A program made the translations under genes and the position numbers. From contig JAPOVA010000010.1 of assembly GCA_026708385.1 (NCBI GenBank), forward strand, positions 5,236 to 69,235: a stretch of DNA of 64,000 nt. Reading direction: 5' to 3'. Below are positions 9,870-19,231 of this stretch, one piece after another. Under the pieces are notes generated by a model. That model searched no databases. It saw nothing but the letters and a program-made list of their open reading frames with translations, and was not told where the DNA came from. Positions within the stretch are counted from its first letter, which is position 1. Each line of letters opens with the position of its first letter. The DNA comes from Simkaniaceae bacterium. GTDB taxonomy: Bacteria; Chlamydiota; Chlamydiia; Chlamydiales; Simkaniaceae.

Positions 9870-10652
9870 TCAATTTGCTTCGGCCGGAAGAGAGGAGATC
9901 TTTTTCAACGCATCGAGAAGATCTTCCTTCGTATCGATACTCTGCGACTCTTCTCGCGTCTCACGCACTTCGACGGTAATCCCATGCTCTAAAAACCGGA
10001 GTTGTTCGAGTTGCTCCGCCTCCGCAAGGGGAGAGGTAGGAAGAGTGGCAATCTTCGCAAGTGTCTCCCTCTTATAGGCATACAGGCCGATATGTTTGTA
10101 ACGAACGGCGTCCCCCCCTTCCGAACCCCTTCGATACGGCACGGGAAAGCGAGAAAAGTAGAGCGCCCGTCTCATACTATCCGTTACCACCTTTACCACG
10201 TTGGGGTCGGCTACTTCCTCTTTGCTCTCAATCCGCTTTTTGAGGGTAACAACCCCGATATCGGCTCCGAGGCTATCTCGTAGCAGATCATCAATCATGC
10301 GGGGGGTAATGAAAGGCTCATCCCCCTGCCAGTTCACCCAAACGTCCCCCTGCAGGAGACCGGAACCCATCACTTCGATCAACCGATCGGTACCGCTCCG
10401 GCACTCCCTCCGAGTCATGACGTATCTGCCGCCGAAACCGTCGATGAGGGTCGCGGTCTTCGGATGATCAATGGCAAAGACAATCTCCGCAAAACCGGAA
10501 CACCGGCCGGCCGCCAGCCATACCCATTCAAGTAGGGGCTTATCACCCAGATAGCTGAGCACCTTGGCAGGAAACCGGAGGGAATGATATCTGGCCGGAA
10601 TGACACAGACCGCTTTTACCCCCGCACTCCCCGTTCCCGTAACACCCTTCAT
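9870..10652 (-). CDS. kdsB: 3-deoxy-manno-octulosonate cytidylyltransferase (CMP-KDO synthetase)
   Basis: VCVIPARYHSLRFPAKVL...GDKPLLEWVW nucleotidyltransferase N-terminus, VNWQGDEPF motif. Start moved to ATG 10652. Confidence 0.85.
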   Translation of the reverse strand: MKGVTGTGSAGVKAVCVIPARYHSLRFPAKVLSYLGDKPLLEWVWLAAGRCSGFAEIVFAIDHPKTATLIDGFGGRYVMTRRECRSGTDRLIEVMGSGLLQGDVWVNWQGDEPFITPRMIDDLLRDSLGADIGVVTLKKRIESKEEVADPNVVKVVTDSMRRALYFSRFPVPYRRGSEGGDAVRYKHIGLYAYKRETLAKIATLPTSPLAEAEQLEQLRFLEHGITVEVRETREESQSIDTKEDLLDALKKISSLPAEAN

Positions 10653-10786
10653 GCCGCCTTCCCGGTAACACGTTCCCGACCTACCCACAACAAACAAATG
10701 GTAGCGAAGATCCTCTTTTGCCGGTACCCTTTCCGTAAAGGGGAGGGGCCGGTACCCCCGGATACCCCCCTTCGTACCGCACACCT

Positions 10787-12019
10787 ATGTTTCGACTCTC
10801 CTATTGTGTGATACGCGTGTTGCTCTTTCCGTGTCGCCTCATGACGGCCGGGGGGATCCGACGATGCGGAAATGTGTTGGGTTCCCTCGTCTACCGGTGC
10901 GTCCCCTCGTACCGGAAGCGTACCCTCTCCAATCTCGCCCTCGCAACCGATTTGGCCTTATCGGAGGAGGAAATCAGGAAAACTGCCGAACAATCGTTGC
11001 AGAGCATGGCCATCACCTTTCTGGAGTATGAGAGGTTCGCCCGGATACGACATATCGACGACTCCGTCTCCATACGCAACCGAGAGCCGACTTTCAAACT
11101 CTTCGAAGCGGGGCAGGGAATCATTCTCCTTTGCGGACATCAGGCAAACTGGGAGGCCGCTTTTTTGGAGGTCTCGGACAAGATACCGGTTACGGCAATC
11201 AATAGGCCGATCAAAAACCCCTTCCTTCACAACTATCTCGTCCGGATCAGGACGAGGTTCGGGGGCAAGCTTATCACACCCAAAGAGACGATCTCCCGAG
11301 GAACCGCCATCCTCCGGCAGGGGGGGGCCCTCGCCATCGTCTGTGACCAAGGCATGCCGGAAAGTAAATATGTCTTCCCTTTTTTCGGAAGAAGAGCCCG
11401 GACCTCGGTGGCCCCGGCCTTACTCTCCTACCGCACGGGAGCACCGATCATCTTCGCAACCATCCGGCGCAAGGGGGGAAGGTACGAGGTGCACTACTCC
11501 GACCCGGTATGGCCGAACCGAAAAGAGACCCTTAAGGAAGAGATAAGGAGACTGACATGCGCGTGGCTCGCCATCTTGGAAAAATCCGTTATCGACGCAA
11601 AAGAGCAATGGCTTTGGTTGCATAACAGATGGAAGCAACAGGTTCCGACGTTGAGAAAGCGCCGGTATCGGGCCGAATCGATTCTGATCATCTTGCCGAA
11701 AGAATCCGTACGACACCGAGCCTCCCTCCATGCGTTGCGCACCGTCTACCCTCGCGCATTCATAACGATCCTCACCCCCCTCCCCCTTTCCCTGCCGGAT
11801 GCCGAAGTGTTGCTCTATCGATCCGAAAAGGAATTGTTCTTACGAGACTACAGGTTCAAGTTGGTTTTCGATTTTTCCCGAGTACCCGGCATCAAAAAGC
11901 ACTTCCTGCGCCTGAGTGCCTTCAGGGTGATCGATGAGAAAACCCTCTACAAGGAGGCGGGGAGGAGTGTCGAGCCGAGAGATGATCTCTCCCGGGTCAT
12001 CGAAAAGGCACTCATCTGA
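10787..12019 (+). CDS. Lipid A biosynthesis acyltransferase (LpxL/HtrB family) with C-terminal GT9-like extension
   Basis: LLCGHQANWE catalytic HX4E-type motif and typical N-terminal membrane anchor. The extra ~115 aa at the C-terminus resemble the N-terminal half of heptosyltransferases. Confidence 0.7.
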   Translation: MFRLSYCVIRVLLFPCRLMTAGGIRRCGNVLGSLVYRCVPSYRKRTLSNLALATDLALSEEEIRKTAEQSLQSMAITFLEYERFARIRHIDDSVSIRNREPTFKLFEAGQGIILLCGHQANWEAAFLEVSDKIPVTAINRPIKNPFLHNYLVRIRTRFGGKLITPKETISRGTAILRQGGALAIVCDQGMPESKYVFPFFGRRARTSVAPALLSYRTGAPIIFATIRRKGGRYEVHYSDPVWPNRKETLKEEIRRLTCAWLAILEKSVIDAKEQWLWLHNRWKQQVPTLRKRRYRAESILIILPKESVRHRASLHALRTVYPRAFITILTPLPLSLPDAEVLLYRSEKELFLRDYRFKLVFDFSRVPGIKKHFLRLSAFRVIDEKTLYKEAGRSVEPRDDLSRVIEKALI

Positions 12020-12740
12020 GTGCAATCAACGTTCCATGTCTTTTCTCCCCCCGGTCTCTCCTATAAGAGAAACACAAATCCCGATTCGAGTAGGTACATA
12101 CTCCGGCAATGGCAATATGCTTTTCGATCACCCCGGCGTTTTTCAATTGCATGAGGCTGATCTTCCAAAAATCAAACAGATTCTCCTTCGATCCGTATCG
12201 CCAAAAAGAGGGCGGTAACTCACTTGCGTACCGGATAAATTCTCCCCTCTCGGGGCCCAGACTCGGCGAGATACACACCCTCAGGTCTTCGGGAGAGGTG
12301 CCGTAGAGGTGGCGCATCATCTCAACCGCCTTGAGATAGATATTACCCACGTTCCCTCGCCATCCGCAATGAACATTGGCAACGGCCTCACGACAAGGAT
12401 CGTAGAAAAGGGCCGCTTGACAATCGGCATGCCGGATCATCAGAGCCACCCCCCTTTCCCGTGTTACGAGTCCGTCATATCCGTCGTACAGGGTCCAACC
12501 GACCCGATCGAGCCGACTCTCTTTGACTTCCTTGAGAAGGGTACCGTGCTGTTGTCTCAACCGGACCCCCCTTTCCAATCCCATAAGCCTCAATGCCTCG
12601 AGGCGATTTTCTCCGCTCTCTTTTTCGCTAAGGTCGAAATCTTCCCCTTTGAGGAAAGAGGCGTGAACCACAGAGGAAAATGCCTTTAATATGTTAAATT
12701 CCAACCACCTATTTTCTATCCCTACCGTCGTCACACTCAT
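12012..12740 (-). CDS. pgeF: YfiH/PgeF family laccase-domain protein (purine nucleoside phosphorylase / peptidoglycan editing factor)
   Basis: HADCQAALFYDP...VHCGWRG...YSYRRD motifs of the DUF152/YfiH family. Start placed at ATG 12740. Confidence 0.8.
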   Translation of the reverse strand: MSVTTVGIENRWLEFNILKAFSSVVHASFLKGEDFDLSEKESGENRLEALRLMGLERGVRLRQQHGTLLKEVKESRLDRVGWTLYDGYDGLVTRERGVALMIRHADCQAALFYDPCREAVANVHCGWRGNVGNIYLKAVEMMRHLYGTSPEDLRVCISPSLGPERGEFIRYASELPPSFWRYGSKENLFDFWKISLMQLKNAGVIEKHIAIAGVCTYSNRDLCFSYRRDRGEKRHGTLIALR

Positions 12741-12858
12741 CTTTCGATCCCTTGTTCCTTGACCGGTTCCTTGACTGAAATAATGATTTGACATGGGAAA
12801 CCGAAACCCACTACAATCGGGCTCGCCTCCACCGTATATCCGAAGGAGTATAAAAAGT

Positions 12859-14082
12859 ATGCAAAAATTGATTGGCTTGGTCACCTCTTCCCTGTACGTG
12901 TGTACCGGTGTTATGGCGGATCAGAGTAGCATCCCCCCTTGGTTTCTCGCGTCGGGTCTGAAGGGGTCTTCCTTCATAAAACGACCCTCTTCTCAGCCCC
13001 CCCCCCCGCTCGAACAGGCACCGGAGGAGGGAGGATCGGATGAGGTTGCCGAATCGCCTACCGGAGGATCCGGCGAGTGCCCGATAGTGCCGTTAACCAC
13101 CACGATGCACCTGAAATGTCTCGGAGAGGGGGTATTTATGTTGAAAACCGACAACAAGTCGCAGGGTGATAAAAAAGTCGCCCTCGTCTCGACCGTCATC
13201 AAGGAACAAAATTCGGCAATCCGTTCCGAAGGGGAAGAGATCGATCTGCCAAGCATCATGACCGAAAACATTCCGGAAAAAGCCCTGGGCCTCTCCTCCA
13301 AGGCACTATACGCACAAAAACACGGCTATGACTTCATCTTTGCCGTGAAACCGCCACACTCCGGTTGCAACACCCCCGAATCCGGCAAACATCGAGAGGA
13401 AACCCTGGGGGCATCCTTCGATCTTCTGGAAAGATTCCTGCCCTCTTACGATTTGGTCTTCCTATCGACACCGGAAAGCACGATCATAGATTTCGGCATT
13501 CCCGTGGAAGCCATTATTCCCGAAGAGTGTGATATCATAGGATCGGCAATACACCCCGAAGGAGATGAGCCACTCTCTTACGATAGATGCCCCGGCATGC
13601 ACCTCTGCAACGGAGTCATCCGAAATTCTCCCTTTACGCAACACCTCATCGCCACGGCCAAAGAGCGAAAGGCCTTCGAATTGCGAAGGTTCAATGCGAT
13701 ACTTTCCGAGTTGCCCGGGTGTTTGCAACGCAAAATATCGGTTCTTCCGAACGACCTGTTGAATGAATGGCTGGGTATCACCGGAGGAAGTGAATGCTCG
13801 CTGAACAAAAAGCAGAGACTGTGTAGCCGGGCGCACATCTTCCGCAAAAGAGAAGAGGGAGAGGGATCCTTTTCGGAGATAGAGACACAATTGGGATTCA
13901 GCCTAGGTATGGCGACGCGCTCGTGGTTCACCATACCGAATCCCTGTTACATCGCAGCCATCGCAATCATGATCATCCTGGGGACAATGCCCCGAATGGC
14001 CTTTGAGGCGTTTACCGATACGGAGATCGAATTGCACACCGTGCACACCGGAATAACGGGCACGGACGATTGTGCGACGTGA
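12859..14082 (+). CDS. Hypothetical protein, possibly nucleotide-sugar transferase-like, with C-terminal TM anchor
   Basis: AAGGAG 10 nt upstream of ATG 12859. Pro/Glu-rich linker. SKALYAQKHGYDFIF and LCNGVIRNSPFTQHLI resemble GT34/GMA12-like motifs. C-terminal hydrophobic stretch CYIAAIAIMIILGTM. Confidence 0.55.
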   Translation: MQKLIGLVTSSLYVCTGVMADQSSIPPWFLASGLKGSSFIKRPSSQPPPPLEQAPEEGGSDEVAESPTGGSGECPIVPLTTTMHLKCLGEGVFMLKTDNKSQGDKKVALVSTVIKEQNSAIRSEGEEIDLPSIMTENIPEKALGLSSKALYAQKHGYDFIFAVKPPHSGCNTPESGKHREETLGASFDLLERFLPSYDLVFLSTPESTIIDFGIPVEAIIPEECDIIGSAIHPEGDEPLSYDRCPGMHLCNGVIRNSPFTQHLIATAKERKAFELRRFNAILSELPGCLQRKISVLPNDLLNEWLGITGGSECSLNKKQRLCSRAHIFRKREEGEGSFSEIETQLGFSLGMATRSWFTIPNPCYIAAIAIMIILGTMPRMAFEAFTDTEIELHTVHTGITGTDDCAT

Positions 14083-14128
14083 CAACGGCTCTTCCGACCC
14101 CTCAAAGGAGATTAAGGGGGAAACGCCC

Positions 14129-14581
14129 CTACCCGTGATCGGGAATAAAGGTTCTCTGACAATAACAACATCGCAAGAGGACGATTTCCTCCTTCGGCTC
14201 GGTGTGGAAGGCCGTTTCCGCGTGTTCGTGGTTCGTTATGCAGAGGGGGTTGCGGCAGGCAAATATGCCGATCGCTTTTGCGGGAAGTTCCGGTACGAAC
14301 TTCCTCTCTACGGTACACTCCCGAATCATGTTGATGGTCGCCCCGGGTGCCAAAATCGCTACGCGGTCGATCTCCCCCCGGGTCAGATGCTTCCCCTTGA
14401 TCTTAATCAAGTCCTTAAGACCCCTCTTTTTTCCGACCAGACTCAGTCCGATGGTCACCTGCGCCGATGATGCGGGGAGATCGAGCAGAAAGGCAACGGC
14501 CAATCCGACACCCGCCGGAATGTGGTCAATCACGGTACCGTTCTCGATGGCGGCAACGCAACGCGTTCGTACCTCCGTCAT
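14129..14581 (-). CDS. pyrI: Aspartate carbamoyltransferase regulatory subunit
   Basis: IENGTVIDHIPAG allosteric-domain motif. Zinc domain cysteines CRNPLC...CCYC. 4-nt overlap with pyrB. Confidence 0.9.
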   Translation of the reverse strand: MTEVRTRCVAAIENGTVIDHIPAGVGLAVAFLLDLPASSAQVTIGLSLVGKKRGLKDLIKIKGKHLTRGEIDRVAILAPGATINMIRECTVERKFVPELPAKAIGIFACRNPLCITNHEHAETAFHTEPKEEIVLLRCCYCQRTFIPDHG

Positions 14582-15504
14582 ATCTCCTCCTCTCCTCGCA
14601 AAACGAAAGATAAAAGGGCCTGTCTCACATGCGGACCGTTCTCGGATTGCGTAAAATAGTGTGCGTACTTCGTATCATCGATCGCAAGATCCAACTCCCG
14701 TTCACGGGGAAGGGGGTGCAAGATCATGAGATCCGGTTTGGCCTTCGCCAATTTCCGCAAGGTGATCCGGTATCTCGGAGCGACCTCATCTCCGTGTCTC
14801 TCCCTCTGTATTCTCGTCACATACAACACATCCAACTTCGACAAGACATCTTCAAACCGATCGTGATGGGAAAATTTCACCCCCCTTCGTCTCAACGCGT
14901 GGCAGATGTGGTCGGGCATACGGAGTTCTTGCCCGGAAATAAAATAGATGCGCATCCCGAAAAGGGCGGCCGCTAAAGCGAGCGAATGGGCTGTCCTGCC
15001 ATACTTTAAATCTCCCGTCATACCGATCGACATGTTCTCCAAACTCCCCCGCCTCTCATATATGGAGAATAGATCAACAAGGGTTTGTGTCGGATGTTCA
15101 TGCCCCCCGTCGCCGGCATTGATGACGGGCACCCCGGCTACGTTGGCCGCTAAACGAGCGGCCCCCTCCAAGGGATGACGCAGTACGATCAGATCGGCAT
15201 ATCCGGAAATCACCCGCAACGCATCCGATAGAGTTTCTCCCTTCTTCATCGCGGTCATCTCGGGATCGGAAAGACCGATCACATGCATCCCCAGTCGATG
15301 GGCCGCCACTTCAAAGGAGAGGCGAGTGCGGGTAGAAGGTTCGAAAAACAGAGAAGCCATCGTCTTTCCCTGCAAACCGGAGAGCCGGTCGCCTTCCTTG
15401 ACCTTGCGAACGCACTCGAACAACCGGAGTATACCGGAGACATCCAATTCATCGACCGAAATAAGACCGGATCGGTAATCGGTCTCACGAACTTGCATTT
15501 CCAT
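14578..15504 (-). CDS. pyrB: Aspartate carbamoyltransferase catalytic subunit
   Basis: FFEPSTRTRLSFE, HEHPTQ and LHPLPR motifs. Confidence 0.92.
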   Translation of the reverse strand: MEMQVRETDYRSGLISVDELDVSGILRLFECVRKVKEGDRLSGLQGKTMASLFFEPSTRTRLSFEVAAHRLGMHVIGLSDPEMTAMKKGETLSDALRVISGYADLIVLRHPLEGAARLAANVAGVPVINAGDGGHEHPTQTLVDLFSIYERRGSLENMSIGMTGDLKYGRTAHSLALAAALFGMRIYFISGQELRMPDHICHALRRRGVKFSHHDRFEDVLSKLDVLYVTRIQRERHGDEVAPRYRITLRKLAKAKPDLMILHPLPRERELDLAIDDTKYAHYFTQSENGPHVRQALLSFVLRGEEEI

Positions 15505-15507
15505 CCC

Positions 15508-18500
15508 CTACACCGTCACACAGCTACTTTCCAAAAACTCCCTCCACGAACGGACCTCACTCGGCATCCCCTCTTCCCTAACCAAACAATCCAAAACGGC
15601 CATCGCAAGTTGCGCATTAGTCACAAGGGGAATACTGTTATCGACCGCAAGGCGTCGAATGACATACCCGTCCGTTTTATTGGATTGTGTGGTTTTATTC
15701 GGAATATTAACGATAAGATCACATTTCCTGTTCGTAATGATGGTCTTAACATTCGGCGAAAAAGGCTCGTTTGCTTTATAGAGGCAGATCGACCCGATGC
15801 CGTTTTTCGACAGAAAATCGTGTGTCCCCTCCGTAGCATAAATGTCCCAATCCCTTTTATCCAATTCTGAAATAACATCGAAAAACTTCGCTTTATAATC
15901 ATCGCTAATGCTGAATACGATCCTCTTCCCCCTTATCTCTTGCCCGGAGGCCACGTAGGCGTGAAAAAATGCCTCGTACGGATTGCGACCCAGGCAGGCC
16001 ACTTCTCCCGTCGACGCCATTTCGACATGTGCCACCGGATTCGACCCCTTCAACCTGTGGTAGGAGAAAAGGGGTGCCTTCACACCGACGTAATCGATAT
16101 CCAACGTATCGTACGTTGCCGGTTCGTGCTCCCCCATCAAAATGCGCGTTGCGATCTCAATGAAATTATGGCCGGTCGTCTTGGAGGCAAAAGGAAAGGA
16201 TCTGGAGGCGCGTAAGTTACATTCGATGATCTTGACCATGTGATTCTTCGAAATAAACTGGATATTAAACGGACCGACGATTTGCAGAGCCTTAACGACC
16301 CTTTGCGTAATGCGTTTGATCACGCGCATCGTCTCTAAATCAAGTCGTTGCGGAGGTAGTACGATCGTGGCATCTCCCGAGTGCACCCCCGCATGTTCTA
16401 TGTGTTCCGCGACCACCGAAACGACGATCTCTCCCCGCTGCGCCACACCGTCCACTTCGATCTCCTTTCCCCCGCGGATGAACTGCGATACGACAACGGG
16501 TGCGTCGGGAAACGCGGTAAGTGTCTTGGAGAGACGCTGTTCCAGTTCTTGATCATCGAATGCAACGGCCATAGTCGCCCCCGAAAGGACGAAAGAGGGT
16601 CGCACCAAAACGGGATAGCCGATCGCTCCGGCAAAAGCTTTGCCCTCTCGAATATTCGTAATCCGTCTCCAATCGGGTTGGTCGACACCCAAATCACGCA
16701 AAAGGGAGGAGAACTGTTCCCGGTCTTCGGCCCGGTCGATGCATTCGGGGGGGGTACCGATGATCGGATACCCTTTTTGAGAAAGGGGAGAGGCTAAATT
16801 GTTGGCAATCTGACCTCCCACGGAGACGATAATGCCTCCCGCCCGCTCAAAGTCGGCAATATCCCGGACCCTTTCCAACGAGAGTACCTCAAAATACAGT
16901 CTATCCGACTCATCATAATCGGTCGAAACCGTCTCCGGGTTGGAATTGATCATGACCGACCCGAATCCGAGTTTACGTAATGTTCTCACCGTATTGACGG
17001 CGCACCAATCAAATTCGACCGAAGACCCGATGCAGTAGGGGCCCGAACCCAATACGATCACGGGGGGGGTGGCGGATGATGTGACATCGTGCTCCGTCCC
17101 GTGGTAGGTCATATAGAGGTAATTCGTCGTGGCATCAAACTCTCCCGCCAACGTGTCAATCTGTTTTACGAAAGGAACGATCCCCTCCCGTAGTCGCATC
17201 TCCCTTACCCGCTCCTCATCACTATTCCGCAACGCACCGATCGCCTTATCGGCAAAGCCCATCTTCTTGGCTTTACGAAGAAGGGCAACATCGAGGGGTT
17301 TGTCCCGTATCTCATCCGCCACCCGCGCGACCGAGGCAATATGGGTGAGAAACCAAGGGTCGATGCGAGAAAGTTCGGCCGCCCTTTCCACCGTCCCGCC
17401 CCCCCTGAAAAAGGCACAGAGGGCAAACAGGCGATAGTCGGTGGGGGTTCGAACGGCTTCTTCCGGATCATCAATTTCCTCATCGAGCACGTCGGCAGGG
17501 CCGTTTTTACCGATATTCAACATCTGCACCGCTTTTTGCAACGCCTCGGGAAAGGAGCGCCCGATAGCCATCACCTCTCCGACACTCTTCATCTCCGTCC
17601 CGATCGTTCTGTCCGCAAACGACAACTTCTTCGTATCCCATCTGGGAATCTTCACTACGAGGTAGTCGAGGGCCGGTTCGAAAAAGGCAGTCGTTGTCCG
17701 GGTAATGACATTTTTCACCTCGTGAAGCCGAAAGCCGAGGGCAAGCTTAGTCGCTACAAAGGCCAGAGGATATCCCGTAGCTTTGGAGGCCAAAGCGCTC
17801 GAACGGGAAAGACGGGGATTCATCTCGATCACCCGGTACTCTCCGTTTTCCGGATTCAGAGCATATTGGATGTTACACTCGCCGATCACACGGAAATGGT
17901 CGGCAATATCGAGGGAGACTTTTCGGAGACGATGGTATTCGAAATCGGTCAATGTCTGTGAAGGAGCCACGACTATGCTCTCGCCCGTGTGCACACCCAT
18001 CGGATCGAGGTTCTCCATATTACAGACGGTCAGCCCGTTGCCATCGGCATCCCTTATAACCTCATATTCGAACTCCTTCCAACCGGCTAAGTACTCTTCA
18101 ATCAGAACATGGGGCGCGCAGAGCAATGCCTCTCTTACCCGTTCTCGTAACTCCTCTTTCGAATCGATCTTGCCGGACCCGAGTCCCCCCAACGAAAATC
18201 CGGACCGGATCATGATCGGGTAGCCGATACGCTCCGCACGAGAGAGCGCCTCCGGCACGCTCGACACACAAAAACTCTCGGGGGTTTTCACATGGATAGA
18301 CTTCAAAGCCCGTTTGAAAAGTGCCCTATCTTCCGAGGTACGGACGGCATCGAGGGAGGTTCCCAAAATCCGGATCCCCGTCTCTTCGAATAACCCCTCT
18401 TTCTCCAGATCGAGGGCAAGGTTCAGGGCGGTCTGCCCCCCGAAACTTGCGAGCAAACCGTCCGGCCTCTCCTTTTTCAAAATCCGGGAGACGACACCGG

Positions 18501-18717
18501 TCGTTAAAGGATAGAAGTAGACCTCATCCGCCATCGACGCGTCGGTTTGCACGGTAGCAATATTGGGATTGATCAAAACGGTCCGAATCCCCTCTTCTTT
18601 GAGAGCTTTGATTGCCTGCGATCCGGAGTAGTCGAACTCCCCCGCCTGACCGATGCGAAGCCCCCCCGAACCGAGGACTGCTACCGTCTTGATCTCCTCC
18701 GACCTACCACCCTTCAA
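15508..18717 (-). CDS. carB: Carbamoyl-phosphate synthase large subunit
   Basis: 1069 aa with two ATP-grasp halves (GSGGLRIGQAGEFDYSG and LGSGPYCIGSSVEFDW) and a C-terminal MGS-like domain. TTG start with GGGGGA upstream. Confidence 0.95.
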   Translation of the reverse strand: MKGGRSEEIKTVAVLGSGGLRIGQAGEFDYSGSQAIKALKEEGIRTVLINPNIATVQTDASMADEVYFYPLTTGVVSRILKKERPDGLLASFGGQTALNLALDLEKEGLFEETGIRILGTSLDAVRTSEDRALFKRALKSIHVKTPESFCVSSVPEALSRAERIGYPIMIRSGFSLGGLGSGKIDSKEELRERVREALLCAPHVLIEEYLAGWKEFEYEVIRDADGNGLTVCNMENLDPMGVHTGESIVVAPSQTLTDFEYHRLRKVSLDIADHFRVIGECNIQYALNPENGEYRVIEMNPRLSRSSALASKATGYPLAFVATKLALGFRLHEVKNVITRTTTAFFEPALDYLVVKIPRWDTKKLSFADRTIGTEMKSVGEVMAIGRSFPEALQKAVQMLNIGKNGPADVLDEEIDDPEEAVRTPTDYRLFALCAFFRGGGTVERAAELSRIDPWFLTHIASVARVADEIRDKPLDVALLRKAKKMGFADKAIGALRNSDEERVREMRLREGIVPFVKQIDTLAGEFDATTNYLYMTYHGTEHDVTSSATPPVIVLGSGPYCIGSSVEFDWCAVNTVRTLRKLGFGSVMINSNPETVSTDYDESDRLYFEVLSLERVRDIADFERAGGIIVSVGGQIANNLASPLSQKGYPIIGTPPECIDRAEDREQFSSLLRDLGVDQPDWRRITNIREGKAFAGAIGYPVLVRPSFVLSGATMAVAFDDQELEQRLSKTLTAFPDAPVVVSQFIRGGKEIEVDGVAQRGEIVVSVVAEHIEHAGVHSGDATIVLPPQRLDLETMRVIKRITQRVVKALQIVGPFNIQFISKNHMVKIIECNLRASRSFPFASKTTGHNFIEIATRILMGEHEPATYDTLDIDYVGVKAPLFSYHRLKGSNPVAHVEMASTGEVACLGRNPYEAFFHAYVASGQEIRGKRIVFSISDDYKAKFFDVISELDKRDWDIYATEGTHDFLSKNGIGSICLYKANEPFSPNVKTIITNRKCDLIVNIPNKTTQSNKTDGYVIRRLAVDNSIPLVTNAQLAMAVLDCLVREEGMPSEVRSWREFLESSCVTV

Positions 18718-19009
18718 GATAGATCCCCCGGCAACAGACGATCACCTCTCCCGACCGTCGGGGTGCGGGAGAACCCCCGAAGAGAGCCACACCGTGAGAA
18801 AGGAACCCCCCTCACACCTAAACCACTCAACGCTTGTCGATTATCTGCAGAAATGCGAGCAAAGACCAAAGCCCGAACCGGGTAGAGGAAGTCAATAAGG
18901 GATGCGACATGCCCGACCATCCTCACCCGTGTCACGTTCATCCCGGTCATCTTCATCGTGAAAAAACCCCGAGACACCCTCCGAGAGCGCCCTGCCTCGC
19001 GATGACAAG

Positions 19010-19145
19010 ACGGCTCCGGCAAACCTCGCCCGCGCCGTCCCCGAACACGGGGGCGACACCTACGATCCGCATACCTACCTCGACGCACCGACATCCTGTC
19101 CGAGTGTACACCGAAACACCGGAAATAGGCAAGATCTTCCCGCCA
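19010..19145 (-). repeat. Degenerate duplicate of the carA leader, RBS, ATG and first ~20 codons, inside the carA-carB spacer
   Basis: Aligns with about 20303-20432. Minus strand reads gtcgaggtaggtATGCGGATCGTA here versus gtcgaggaggagtATGCGGACCACG at carA. Peptide MRIVGVAPVFGDGAGEV versus MRTTDATLVLEDGTEFAG. Confidence 0.7.
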
Positions 19146-19231
19146 TGCCGGCGGAACCGCACGGGCAAAGGCCGACCTTTCTCCCATCCCCAAGGAGGGA
19201 TCCTGCGCTCCGCATTGTGATAAAGAAAAAA

